Origin: an archaeon
GTDB lineage: Archaea; Micrarchaeota; Micrarchaeia; Norongarragalinales; UBA97
Length of the DNA: 64,000 bases
Reading direction: 5' to 3'
NCBI GenBank assembly: GCA_020057405.1
Contig: JAGVFW010000013.1
Location: 87,711-151,710 of the forward strand
Made by a program: the position numbers and the translations under genes
Notes under the pieces: model-generated
Databases searched by the model: none
What the model was told of the DNA's origin: nothing
What the model saw: only the letters and a program-made list of their open reading frames with translations
In this document: positions 19,187 to 28,341 of the stretch, piece after piece
Position numbering within the stretch: position 1 is the stretch's first letter
How the letters are laid out: every line of letters starts with the position of its first letter

Positions 19187-19978
19187 TCACTTCTTCACTA
19201 ACCTGCGGCGCACGCGACCAACAAGCGAAAACACCTCATCACTGCCGGCGTCAACGAGGTCCGGCCGACGAAGGACTAGATACGCCATGCCGACTAGCGC
19301 CCCAAACAAGTGAACCGCCACGTCAGACACCGCCCCCGCCTCACGTAAAACCCCCGAGTCAATCAACGCGCGCTGCTCGACGACAGCGCGAAGCGAATTG
19401 TTCGCCGCCGCGGCCTCAACCGACTTGTTATCCAACACTAGCTGGGTTACCTGCGCCGAAAGATTCGCCTGCTGAGTCTCAAGTCCCGTCCGCTGCACTG
19501 AGACGCCCGCGTCAACGGCTGGAAAGACCACAAACTGCACCAAGAGCGGAAGCGCAAGCAAAAGAACAACCGCCAACTTCGGCCGCGCAAGGGCCGAAGC
19601 ACCAATGAGCCCGGCGACCCCGCCACTGGCACCCGCAAGCGCAATCGACGGGTTAAGTAAGGAAAAACCGATGCTTGCGGCAACACCAGAAAGGAAAAAC
19701 ACGGCCAAAACCGCGCCCACGCCTGCAGAGTACTCAAGCACCGCGGCGAAAAGTACTAAAGGCACAAGATTGCCAAGCAAGTGCCTCGTGCCAAGATGCG
19801 CAAACAAGTGAAGCACGAGATTTGCGGCAGGATTAGAGGAATAGAACGAAAGCGATAAGAGCTCGCCCTGTGGAATGAAAAGCCGCCCCCCACTAAAGTG
19901 CAGGTAAACTAAGACTATGGCCGCGGCAAGCGCGATTGTCGCTACGGGAAACCGCTTCACTAAAAGAGTTGAACGCAA
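19187..19978 (-). CDS. rhomboid-family intramembrane serine protease
   Basis: HLFAH…HLLGN, GASGG, distal HLFGALVG. Confidence 0.88.
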   Translation of the reverse strand: MRSTLLVKRFPVATIALAAAIVLVYLHFSGGRLFIPQGELLSLSFYSSNPAANLVLHLFAHLGTRHLLGNLVPLVLFAAVLEYSAGVGAVLAVFFLSGVAASIGFSLLNPSIALAGASGGVAGLIGASALARPKLAVVLLLALPLLVQFVVFPAVDAGVSVQRTGLETQQANLSAQVTQLVLDNKSVEAAAANNSLRAVVEQRALIDSGVLREAGAVSDVAVHLFGALVGMAYLVLRRPDLVDAGSDEVFSLVGRVRRRLVKK

Positions 19979-20237
19979 GGAAATAAAATGAGGGCAGACT
20001 GCAAGCTAAGAGCAGTAAAAGAACCGGCCGCGGAGAGAATTAGGCACTTTTCAGTGCGGGTGCGACCAGTTCAACCCACCTTCACAGAATCCGCAGAATC
20101 ATTACGGAAAGGATGTTAAAAAGGGTTGCGCACCACTGGGGGCGGGTGAAAAAAAGAGCGTTTTGAAGAACCTTTTGAGGAGCGGGAAGCGAGCCGCCAT
20201 CGGGGCGGGGGTCTCACAGCGACGAAAAAAGGTTCAG

Positions 20238-20356
20238 CGGGCGCGGAGGGATTCGGACCCTCGGCCTGCCGCACTTAGCTCACTAGCTGCTAAAACAACG
20301 CTCACTAGGGTCGCTGTTAAGAGCCGGCCGCTCTAACCAAACTGAGCTACGCGCCC
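20238..20356 (-). tRNA. tRNA-Lys(CTT) with a 44-nt intron (20272-20315)
   Basis: GGGCGCG/CGCGCCC acceptor, GCTC/GAGC D stem, GCCGG-CTCTTAA-C|CGGC, T stem GAGGG/CCCTC. Confidence 0.88.
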
Positions 20357-20393
20357 AAACTGAATAATAAACTGTGGTGAGCGTAGTTTTAAT

Positions 20394-20915
20394 ATGATTA
20401 CTGTACTGAGGCTCGGCCACCGCGCAGGCCGGGACGTCCGAATTACCACCCACTGCGCCCTAGTCAGCCGCGCCCTCGGCGCCGGCGAATGCGCAATCGC
20501 CGGGGACGCGTGCGAAGAAATCGTCGACAGCGTCGCAAAAGTCGTTGCCGCCTGGGGCGGCAACTTTGCCGCACGCTCTGAAAAAAACTGGCGAAAGTAC
20601 TTGCGCAACTTCAAGGGCGTCAAAGTGCACCTCACGATGTACGGAATGCCCGTTCAGGAAAAAATAGCGGCTGTGCGCAAGGCCGCGCGCGGGCACGACC
20701 TCCTCGTCGTCATCGGAGCCGAGCACGTGCCGGGTGAAGTCTACGGCGAATGCGACTACAACATCGCGGTAACCAACCAGCCGCACAGCGAAGTCGCCGC
20801 CCTCGCCATTTTCTTGCACGAACTTGGTGTGGGAAAGGAACTGGACGCGAAATTTGCAGGCGCGCGAGTGAAAATAACGCCGAGCGAGCGGGGCAAAAAC
20901 ATAGAGAAGAAATAA
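20394..20915 (+). CDS. trm56: tRNA (cytidine(56)-2'-O)-methyltransferase aTrm56
   Basis: VLRLGHR…RITTHCALVSRALGA, HLTMYG, NQPHSEVAALAIFL. Confidence 0.96.
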   Translation: MITVLRLGHRAGRDVRITTHCALVSRALGAGECAIAGDACEEIVDSVAKVVAAWGGNFAARSEKNWRKYLRNFKGVKVHLTMYGMPVQEKIAAVRKAARGHDLLVVIGAEHVPGEVYGECDYNIAVTNQPHSEVAALAIFLHELGVGKELDAKFAGARVKITPSERGKNIEKK

Positions 20916-20977
20916 ATACTGGCGGCGTATGGGTATTAACGTCCCAACACTTCCCGCGAAAAAGGTCGTAACAATCC

Positions 20978-21502
20978 ATGCCTAAAAAAACCGCTTCTGA
21001 CCACGTCTTTGAAGGATTCGTAAAAGACGTCGCAGGCGCGCCTGGACTCAAGGTTGTAAAGGGCCTGGGTAAGGAAGGCGGGACCGACGAGAAAATAGAA
21101 CTGGCAAGCGGCCTCAAGCTGGCAGTAGTGCGCTCGCTGCTAAACCAGCTCAACTACCACGGCATCGTAGAATACACCCGCGAGAAGAACATGCAGAGCG
21201 GCTGGTTCACATACACGTGGAGAGTCAACAAGAGCCGCGCGATGCAGAACTTTCTTGTGAAGAAAAAAGTTGAGTACGAAGCACTAAGAAAACAAATCAA
21301 CGCACAAGGCGAAGGCGCAGTCATCTACAACTGCCCTAAGGGCTGCGGCCGCGTGGCATTTGACAAGGCAATGGACACGCAATTCGCCTGCGGAAGCTGC
21401 AGCACCAAACTCAAGTTCGTCGAAGGCAGTAAAGAACTACGCGAACTCGAAACCCGCATCTCCGCGCTTGAGACCATCCTCGGGAAGCCCAACGTATTTT
21501 AA
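20978..21502 (+). CDS. tfe: transcription factor E (TFE alpha)
   Basis: Winged helix (TDEKI…GWFTYTW) plus a Zn ribbon CPKGC…CGSC. Confidence 0.88.
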   Translation: MPKKTASDHVFEGFVKDVAGAPGLKVVKGLGKEGGTDEKIELASGLKLAVVRSLLNQLNYHGIVEYTREKNMQSGWFTYTWRVNKSRAMQNFLVKKKVEYEALRKQINAQGEGAVIYNCPKGCGRVAFDKAMDTQFACGSCSTKLKFVEGSKELRELETRISALETILGKPNVF

Positions 21503-21540
21503 GCAGACCTCTGCGAAATAGTAATAACGACTGCTTCTAA

Positions 21541-21615
21541 AGCGGGGTAGGGTAGCCAGGAGTGCCCGCTGGGCTCATAACCCGGAGACCACAGGTTCAA
21601 ATCCTGTCCCCGCTA
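21541..21615 (+). tRNA. initiator tRNA-Met(CAT)
   Basis: AGCGGGG…CCCCGCTA with A1-U72; GGG-CTCATAA-CCC anticodon stem; GGTTCAAATCC. Confidence 0.95.
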
Positions 21616-21798
21616 CCTACTTTTCTTCCGCTTAGCTTGGGGCTTGGTCCGTTTCTTGCGCGCGAAAACTTTGGCTGGCGGCTGCTGGCTTCCGAAGTAC
21701 CTGAGCACTTTTTGCATCACACGGCCATTGACGCGCTTGCTCTCGACTAAGTAGTAGTAGAGGTTGCCCTTGATTTTCTTGCTGCGCACGAATGCCAT
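21613..21798 (-). CDS. small basic beta-sheet DNA-binding-like protein
   Basis: MAFVRSKKIKGNLYYYLVESKRVNGRVMQKVLRYFG plus a Lys/Arg tail; resembles the N-terminal module of IS1634-type transposases but has no catalytic domain. Confidence 0.75.
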   Translation of the reverse strand: MAFVRSKKIKGNLYYYLVESKRVNGRVMQKVLRYFGSQQPPAKVFARKKRTKPQAKRKKSR

Positions 21799-21856
21799 GG
21801 AAAAAGTTAGGCACTACAGGAATAAAAAGCGCTCGCTGGAAAAAGTTAGGCACTAC
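21798..21856. promoter_or_regulatory. two exact 20-bp direct repeats TGGAAAAAGTTAGGCACTAC (21798-21817 and 21837-21856)
   Basis: Read directly from the sequence; they fill the intergenic gap at the start codon of the small basic gene. Confidence 0.85.
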
Positions 21857-21858
21857 GC

Positions 21859-22191
21859 TTACTTCTTCATGTACCGATAGCGCATCGCGGTGTAGGGCTT
21901 GGGCGCTTCGGGCTGGACTTCGGCTTCCGGCTCCTCGATAGTTGGCGCTTCGGAGACGATGATGATTTTCTCGGCCGCCTTGACGTTTTTGTAGAGTATT
22001 GTCTTTTCCCTGAAGAGCTTGGCGGCATCAAGTTTGTTCGACGCGTGAATCGGCTCTAGGGACAGTCGCGAGACTTCGCCCTTCTGCAAGTCGATGATGG
22101 CATCCTGTACCGTGCCGATTTTTTTTGCGCCGCCAGCCGTGTAAACAGCCATACCGATGAGTTCAGAAACCCGTTTCATTACTATAACCAA
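21859..22191 (-). CDS. PRC-barrel domain protein
   Basis: SELIGMAVYT…IGTVQDAIID…G. Confidence 0.85.
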   Translation of the reverse strand: MVIVMKRVSELIGMAVYTAGGAKKIGTVQDAIIDLQKGEVSRLSLEPIHASNKLDAAKLFREKTILYKNVKAAEKIIIVSEAPTIEEPEAEVQPEAPKPYTAMRYRYMKK

Positions 22192-22200
22192 CCCCTTGCT

Positions 22201-22617
22201 TTAGTCAACCCTAATCGTCAAGCGCTTGAGCGCAGCGTTCTTCACATGAGAATAGTCGCGATCATGTTGTATGGCCTTGATTACCGCGAGGTAGCTGCCC
22301 GCGTCCGTCCGCTGGGTAGCCCAAACAGACACCTTAAAGTGGCGCTTCTCGCCCGCCTTTAGCTGGCCGAGTCGAATCTCGCGCGTCTGTGAAATGGCAC
22401 TGCGATCAACACCGAGGCCCTTGGCCAACGCGACGGTAATTGAAGTGAATTCGTTGTTGGCCGCCTGGTCGCCGGTAAAGTTCTCGAGGTCGATCTCCAA
22501 GTCCAAGTAGTCGTTGACGTTGGCCTTCAAGCTATATGGATGAAGCTCGCAGGCGAGGCCAAACACTGCAGCGTCGCGCGGCTTTTCGCCGCCTCCAAGA
22601 AAATCAAAAACACCCAT
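22201..22617 (-). CDS. hypothetical beta-sandwich protein
   Basis: ORF with an amphipathic MGVFDFLGG start and Ig-like alternation. Confidence 0.7.
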   Translation of the reverse strand: MGVFDFLGGGEKPRDAAVFGLACELHPYSLKANVNDYLDLEIDLENFTGDQAANNEFTSITVALAKGLGVDRSAISQTREIRLGQLKAGEKRHFKVSVWATQRTDAGSYLAVIKAIQHDRDYSHVKNAALKRLTIRVD

Positions 22618-22693
22618 GGGTTAGAAGCACCTTACTAAGGACAAGCAATTGCGAGGAGTTATTTTAACCTATTGGAGGGAGGGGCGCGAAGGC

Positions 22694-23137
22694 CTAGGGA
22701 GTTGGGGCATTCACCCAGCCTTCCCACCAGTTCGCGTACTCCCGCAGCGCCTGGCTGAAGGCCCCGTCAAGCGAATACCGCCCATCGGCACCTTTTTTCA
22801 CCAAACCCGATCGCTCTAGCGACAAGCAAAGCAGGTAAAGTGTCCCTTTGGGGGCCGAGAGCTCGCCAACAAGCGCGGCAAAAGACTTTGGCTCCTGCTT
22901 CAGGGCCTCCAAGAGCTTGAGCATCAGCCCTTTTCTGGAGGGAGAAAAAGCGAAGGAATTGGTGATGAAGTTATAGATGGTAAACTGCGACTTGCCCAAC
23001 CGCCCTACGTCCTCAGTGCTAACGCGGAAGTAGGCGAAGGCCGTGCCCTTCTGGCGCGCGTAATGCAGCTTGGTCGCGCCAGTGCGCTTAGTCGACCCGG
23101 TTCCCGGAGGCACACCCCCCTCACTTCCACTATTCAA
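22694..23137 (-). CDS. winged-helix domain protein
   Basis: LLEALKQEPKSF…KGTLYLLCLSLERSGLVKK…GRYSL. Confidence 0.7.
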   Translation of the reverse strand: MNSGSEGGVPPGTGSTKRTGATKLHYARQKGTAFAYFRVSTEDVGRLGKSQFTIYNFITNSFAFSPSRKGLMLKLLEALKQEPKSFAALVGELSAPKGTLYLLCLSLERSGLVKKGADGRYSLDGAFSQALREYANWWEGWVNAPTP

Positions 23138-23228
23138 GGTTTTTCACTTCCCCGGGCGCGCAAACGCCGGTTTTAGTCATTCTCACTCGGTGCGACTACT
23201 TAAATAGTTGCCTGCAATAAAGTCGATT

Positions 23229-24548
23229 ATGGCCGCGGGGTGGGAAACCGGCGCCGATTTAATTGTCGGGGTACGGGCTATCGAAGTCCTTGACTCTAGG
23301 GGTAACCCCACAGTCGAGGTGCATGTTGCCGCAAAACGCGGTAAGGGAGCCGCAATCGCACCCTCAGGAGCGTCAACGGGCATTTTTGAGGCAGTCGAAC
23401 TACGGGACGGGGGCAAGCGCTATGGTGGTAAAGGCGTTGCGACCGCCGTTTCTAACGTCAACAAGATAATCGGCCCGAAACTAGTCGGCATGCACGCAAC
23501 CGACCAAGTGGGGCTTGACTCGCTAATGCGCAAACTAGATGGCACTGACGACAAACACAAACTTGGAGCCAACGCCATTGTCGCTACAAGCATGGCCTGC
23601 GCAAAGGCCGCCGCTTCCTGCCTGGGCCTAAAGACTCACGAATACTTGGGCGCAAGAAAGCGAGTAGTGATACCCGTACCCTTTTGCAATGTAATCAATG
23701 GAGGCAAGCACGCGGCCAACGGACTCGCTTTCCAAGAGTATATGGTTGCGCCTATCGGCGCCAAGCGTTTTTCTGAGGCAATGGAAGCGACCTGTAGCAT
23801 TTACCACACACTAGGTAAGAAACTGCAAGCCAAGCACGGGCCGGGTTCAACCAACGTAGGCGACGAAGGCGGTTACGCGCCGCCCTTCGCAACCGTCGCG
23901 GAGCCGTTGGCTTTTTTGGAAGAAGTTGTCGAAGAAACTGGCTGGAAAGGAAAGGTATTTTTCGCACTTGATTTAGCAGCATCATCGTTTTTTGAGAACG
24001 GAAAATATTTGGTCGATGGTAAGAAACTAACCCCCGGCGAGCTGGCGGATGTGCTTTCCGGCTTGTGCAAAGAGTATCCGATAATATCCATTGAAGACCC
24101 GTTTGAAGAAAATGCGTTTGGTGATTTTGCGAGCTTTACAAAAAAACACCCAAAAATACAGGTGGTTGGTGACGATTTGCTCGTGACAAACACCACTCGC
24201 ATTAAAACCGCACTCGAACAAGGTGCTTGCAATGCCCTTTTACTCAAACCAAACCAAGCCGGTTCTCTTTCTGAAGCAGTGGCAGCAGTTGAAACCGCTT
24301 ACGAAAACGGCTGGGGCGTCATGGCATCTCACCGTTCAGGAGACAGCGAAGATGTGTTCATCGCCAGCCTCGCGGTGGGCCTGGGTATAGGCCAGCTAAA
24401 GAGTGGCGCGCCAGCCAGGGGCGAACGCACAAGCAAATACAATAACCTGCTTAGAATTGAATCTTTTTCCGAAGGGAGTGTTGAGTACGCGGGCAAAAAT
24501 TTCAGGCGACCAGTTACCAGTGTCCCAAAATTATGGCGCGGTGAATAA
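23229..24548 (+). CDS. eno: enolase
   Basis: LDSRGNPTVE, PSGASTG, GDEGG, LLLKPNQAG, SHRSGDSED. Confidence 0.98.
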   Translation: MAAGWETGADLIVGVRAIEVLDSRGNPTVEVHVAAKRGKGAAIAPSGASTGIFEAVELRDGGKRYGGKGVATAVSNVNKIIGPKLVGMHATDQVGLDSLMRKLDGTDDKHKLGANAIVATSMACAKAAASCLGLKTHEYLGARKRVVIPVPFCNVINGGKHAANGLAFQEYMVAPIGAKRFSEAMEATCSIYHTLGKKLQAKHGPGSTNVGDEGGYAPPFATVAEPLAFLEEVVEETGWKGKVFFALDLAASSFFENGKYLVDGKKLTPGELADVLSGLCKEYPIISIEDPFEENAFGDFASFTKKHPKIQVVGDDLLVTNTTRIKTALEQGACNALLLKPNQAGSLSEAVAAVETAYENGWGVMASHRSGDSEDVFIASLAVGLGIGQLKSGAPARGERTSKYNNLLRIESFSEGSVEYAGKNFRRPVTSVPKLWRGE

Positions 24549-24549
24549 G

Positions 24550-25785
24550 GTGGTTGGCTCAAAAATCGTTTTGATTGTGCTTGATGGGTTAGGTGACCGG
24601 CCGGTTGCGCAACTAAATAACTTAACTCCACTTGAAGCTGCCCGAACGCCTAATTTTGATTATATGGTTGATAGGGGGATTACGGGTATTGTTGACACAA
24701 TTGCGCCCGGAGTCCGGCCTGGAAGCGACACTTCACACATGGCCCTGCTAGGTTACGACCCGAAAACACAGTACACCGGCCGCGGTCCCATAGAAGCCGC
24801 GGGGGTAGGGCTAAAACTAAGGGCCGGCGACTTAGCTTTCAGAGCCAATTTTGCCACCCTGGACAAACAAAGCCAAATAATAGACCGCCGGGCCGGCCGC
24901 ATTACGGATGTAAGTGGATTTGAAACGGCACTCAATTCAATAAAACTAAAAAACATTCAAATGACTTTCCGAGCAGGAACTGCACACCGCGGCGCTTTGG
25001 TCTTAAGGCCAGATAAAACCATACATCTCAGCGACAAGATAAGCAGCAACGACCCCAAGGCCGAAAACGTGCGGGTGAAAGATGTCGCGCCCCTCGATTC
25101 AAGCAAAGAGGCAAAGGTAACTGCTCAAATTGTAAACGATTTTCTAACTCAAGCGAGAACAATTTTGGAGAACCACCCGCTAAACAAAAACCGGGTAAAA
25201 CAAAAACTACTTTCCGCAAACAGCCTTTTGGTGCGGGGGCCTGGTTTCACCCCGGTACTCGTCCCCTTTGAAACCAAGCACGGGTTGAAGGGGGCTTGCG
25301 TTGCCGGCGCGGCGATGTACAAGGGCGTTTCAACGCTTGTTGGACTTGACGTAATTCCTGTAAAGGGCGCGACTGGGAAAGTTGATACTAATGTCGAGGC
25401 AAAAACCACTGCAGTGCTGCAAGCCCTTGAAAAGTACGATTTCGTCTTCATGCACGTCAAGGCAACAGATTCACTAGCCGAAGATGGTGATGCAGCAGGA
25501 AAAACGGCATTTATAGAAAAAATAGACGCCGCGCTGCCAAAGCTCGTAGCCCGGGAAGATACGGTTATTGTAGTGACTGCAGACCACACAACTTCAAGCG
25601 AACTAAAACGACACACCGGCGACCCCGTTCCCATCTTGTTCTACGGGCCGGGTGTACGGCGTGATGCAGTGCGGAAATTCGGGGAACGCGAATGCGCCAA
25701 AGGCGATGTCGGCAGGATACGCGGCCTTGACGTAATGAGCGAGGCAATCAACTTAGCCGGGCGCGCGCCAATGTACGGCACTTAA
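24550..25785 (+). CDS. apgM: 2,3-BPG-independent phosphoglycerate mutase (archaeal ApgM)
   Basis: [43 protein letters not shown]; GGTGA RBS before GTG 24550. Confidence 0.96.
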   Translation: MVGSKIVLIVLDGLGDRPVAQLNNLTPLEAARTPNFDYMVDRGITGIVDTIAPGVRPGSDTSHMALLGYDPKTQYTGRGPIEAAGVGLKLRAGDLAFRANFATLDKQSQIIDRRAGRITDVSGFETALNSIKLKNIQMTFRAGTAHRGALVLRPDKTIHLSDKISSNDPKAENVRVKDVAPLDSSKEAKVTAQIVNDFLTQARTILENHPLNKNRVKQKLLSANSLLVRGPGFTPVLVPFETKHGLKGACVAGAAMYKGVSTLVGLDVIPVKGATGKVDTNVEAKTTAVLQALEKYDFVFMHVKATDSLAEDGDAAGKTAFIEKIDAALPKLVAREDTVIVVTADHTTSSELKRHTGDPVPILFYGPGVRRDAVRKFGERECAKGDVGRIRGLDVMSEAINLAGRAPMYGT

Positions 25786-25948
25786 CTCCTTTCTTTTTTT
25801 GCCCAAATGGCCGTCAGGGGCAACAGCCAGTTTGGCCGATTAGTGGAAGTGAGGGGGGAGTCGGGCAATTTATGGGCGCACCCCACCCAAACAATGCCCG
25901 ATTACCAGAACTGCGGGGCGGGTCAAACTTCCTTCTCATCCCGAATCA

Positions 25949-26338
25949 TCAGAGTATGACAAAGGAAATGGGTTTGCCCTTCGAGCTGAAAGCCGCAGTC
26001 ATGCCCACGGAGTAGGGTGGGCCGGAAGCAATCAAGTGCGCGCGGCCGTAACGGCCGAACAGGTGCAGGTCCGCAGACGACGGTCGCGCCGGGCTGTTGG
26101 GGTGCGAGTGGAACGTTCCAACGATGCCTGCCGAAAGCGGGACGTTAACCGAGTCAAACCACACGCTAGAGGAATTGGCTTCCGAAAGCGGCGCGAGATA
26201 GAGTTTTTCGACAATCACGTCCTCGCCATCGTAGCGGCCGGGAAACAGGCCGAGAAACTCGTTCGGGTAGCTGTTGGCCGCGCCAAGCAGGCAACTTTCA
26301 AAAACATCGCGCGGGAGCAGGAGTCGCATCAAAATCAC
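25949..26338 (-). CDS. JAMM/MPN+ (Mov34) metalloprotease
   Basis: PNE…FHSHP…PSSAD. Confidence 0.9.
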   Translation of the reverse strand: MILMRLLLPRDVFESCLLGAANSYPNEFLGLFPGRYDGEDVIVEKLYLAPLSEANSSSVWFDSVNVPLSAGIVGTFHSHPNSPARPSSADLHLFGRYGRAHLIASGPPYSVGMTAAFSSKGKPISFVIL

Positions 26339-26443
26339 TCTTTGTAGTGCCTAACTTTCCTTCCTCATCCACGGGCGCCCGGTTTCTGTCACTGCGGTTC
26401 CCCCTTACTGTTATTAAGTTGCTTGCCTACATATACTTTCATA

Positions 26444-26794
26444 ATGACTGTATTTTCCTGCAGCAATTGCGCCTTTCGTTTCGAGGGCGACGCGCCCAAG
26501 GCGTGCCCGCGCTGTGCAAGTATTGACATTACTGAATTCCGCCAGACGCGTCACGAGCGTGGAGGCGTAACTATCGTCCGCGAGGAACGCCCGGCGCCCG
26601 AAGGCACGGACGGGAAGCCCCACAAACTAATGCACTACCGTGAGGGCAAGGCGGGCTGGCAGGACTTCCACAATCAACAGTCGACCGCGTGCCCCAACTG
26701 TGGGGGCACCGAATTCGACCGAGACGCCAAACGCAAGGAAAAAGTCTGCCGCAAGTGCGGCGAAGTCATGCCCCTCCCGCGCAGGTACGCGTAG
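26444..26794 (+). CDS. double zinc-ribbon protein
   Basis: CSNC/CPRC and CPNC/CRKC pairs. Confidence 0.75.
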   Translation: MTVFSCSNCAFRFEGDAPKACPRCASIDITEFRQTRHERGGVTIVREERPAPEGTDGKPHKLMHYREGKAGWQDFHNQQSTACPNCGGTEFDRDAKRKEKVCRKCGEVMPLPRRYA

Positions 26795-26824
26795 CTTTAG
26801 CTTCTTTTCTTCCTGTGCACTAAA

Positions 26825-28243
26825 TTAGTATTGCTGGCGCGAGCGGTAGTACTGGTAGGAAAGCGCGCCCGCCACTGCGACTAGGAGTGCAAATCCAATC
26901 AACTCGGCAGTCGAGACGCCGGGAATCTGCTGCGAGAGCGACGCGGGCGAACTCGCTTGCTTGTCAAGGGCATCGCGTTCGGCGACAAGCCGCGCCGTGA
27001 CGTTCTGGAAATCAGCGCGCGAGGCGTTTCCGTTGATGCGCAGGTTCTGCTCGAGCACTATAAAGTCGGTTTCAAGTCGCGTTACGCGGTCGGCAATTTG
27101 CTGCGCGTTGTTAGGGTCCGAGTTCGCAAGTGCCCGTCCCGCCGGTTCCTCGATGGCAGACAGCGCCCTTGTGGCGGTACGGTAGTCCCCAAGCACGGCC
27201 CCCGCAGCGCTAATCCGGCCAATCGCGTGCGCGTACGCTTTCGAAAACTCACGAGTCTTTGTGATTGCGTCGTCGTACGTAGTCGCGTCAGAGCTGGCAA
27301 GCGTGCGTAGGTTTTCCTCGTCCGAGAATGAAAAGAGCGAGCGAGCGCCGCGAACGGAAGTAAATTCGCTGTTGAATTCAGAGGCGCTCGTGCTATACTC
27401 GTCAAGGCGGGAAATCGCCCACGTGGAGTAGTAGGGGGCGGCCCCGCGCGTTAGCGTCGCCGCGACCTTGGCGCGAATCGCATCCTTGCCCGCGGTCGTA
27501 TCGGCGTCAATGTAGGCTCCTGCGATGTCGCTCATCCTGTCAAGGTCCGCCGACCCAAGGGTACAGCGGTTTAGCCGGCCGTTAGTGGCAAACGGGGGGT
27601 ACGCAACCATGTGCAAGTGCTGGGTGGTAAAGAGCCCATACCCGGCCTTGGCTTTTCCAAGCGCCGTTGCCGCTGCTCCCGCGGCAGTCGCGTCGCCAGT
27701 CTCAAGCGCGCGGCCTGCAGCTTCCAAGTCGCTTGCGGCGAGGGTCATTTCAGCAAGGCCGGCGTCAATCCCGGCCTTGGCTTCGACAATGGAGAAACTG
27801 ATGATGCCCCGCCACAAGCCGGTGCCCCAAAGGTAGCCGCAGCGGAACTTGTAGTAGCTGGTTTCCATGCAGTTGGACCCGGCGCCGGAGGCAAAATCGT
27901 CGTAAACTTGCCGGCACACGGCAACTCCGTTCCCCAAAGCAGTCGCCCGCGCACTGAATTCCTTGGCTTCTGCGGGGGAAATCGCCAGCCGCACGTCGCT
28001 TAGGGCCTCAACCGCTTCGTCGGGTGAGAGCGGCCCGCCCGTGACGTTATCCAAAAGCACGAGTGAACCCACCGAGCCCTTCACGACGACCGCCCAACCA
28101 TCGGCGTAGTGCACAGTTGGTGAGTCAACCACGTCCTCGTTAGGCAGCAAAAACGCCCTTGCGTCATCCGCTGGAGACGCCCAAGCTAGGGGCGCAAACA
28201 GGGCGGTCCACGCAAGCAAAAGTAAGGCGGCAAATCGGCGCAT
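26825..28243 (-). CDS. secreted alpha-helical protein with a C-terminal membrane anchor
   Basis: Signal peptide, helical body, C-terminal TM followed by YYRSR. Confidence 0.75.
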   Translation of the reverse strand: MRRFAALLLLAWTALFAPLAWASPADDARAFLLPNEDVVDSPTVHYADGWAVVVKGSVGSLVLLDNVTGGPLSPDEAVEALSDVRLAISPAEAKEFSARATALGNGVAVCRQVYDDFASGAGSNCMETSYYKFRCGYLWGTGLWRGIISFSIVEAKAGIDAGLAEMTLAASDLEAAGRALETGDATAAGAAATALGKAKAGYGLFTTQHLHMVAYPPFATNGRLNRCTLGSADLDRMSDIAGAYIDADTTAGKDAIRAKVAATLTRGAAPYYSTWAISRLDEYSTSASEFNSEFTSVRGARSLFSFSDEENLRTLASSDATTYDDAITKTREFSKAYAHAIGRISAAGAVLGDYRTATRALSAIEEPAGRALANSDPNNAQQIADRVTRLETDFIVLEQNLRINGNASRADFQNVTARLVAERDALDKQASSPASLSQQIPGVSTAELIGFALLVAVAGALSYQYYRSRQQY

Positions 28244-28341
28244 TGCACCAACCTCACTCTACGCGCGCTTTTAATTCTATACGGCAAGGGGGCCGCAATT
28301 ACTGGGGTTAAAAGCAGCCCTGCGGGCAAAAGCAACCTTAA

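Noticed and set aside
19069-19608. 179-aa ORF from the ORF track
   Set aside because: It overlaps tRNA-Cys and is antisense to the rhomboid gene, so it is a shadow ORF.
20038-20050. Partial motif copy ATTAGGCACTT
   Set aside because: Only a 9-bp match (TTAGGCACT), which could be chance; not counted among the 8 exact copies.
21613-21856. IS1634 element or tRNA-integrated mobile element
   Set aside because: No DDE domain, terminal inverted repeats, integrase or duplicated tRNA 3' end was seen.
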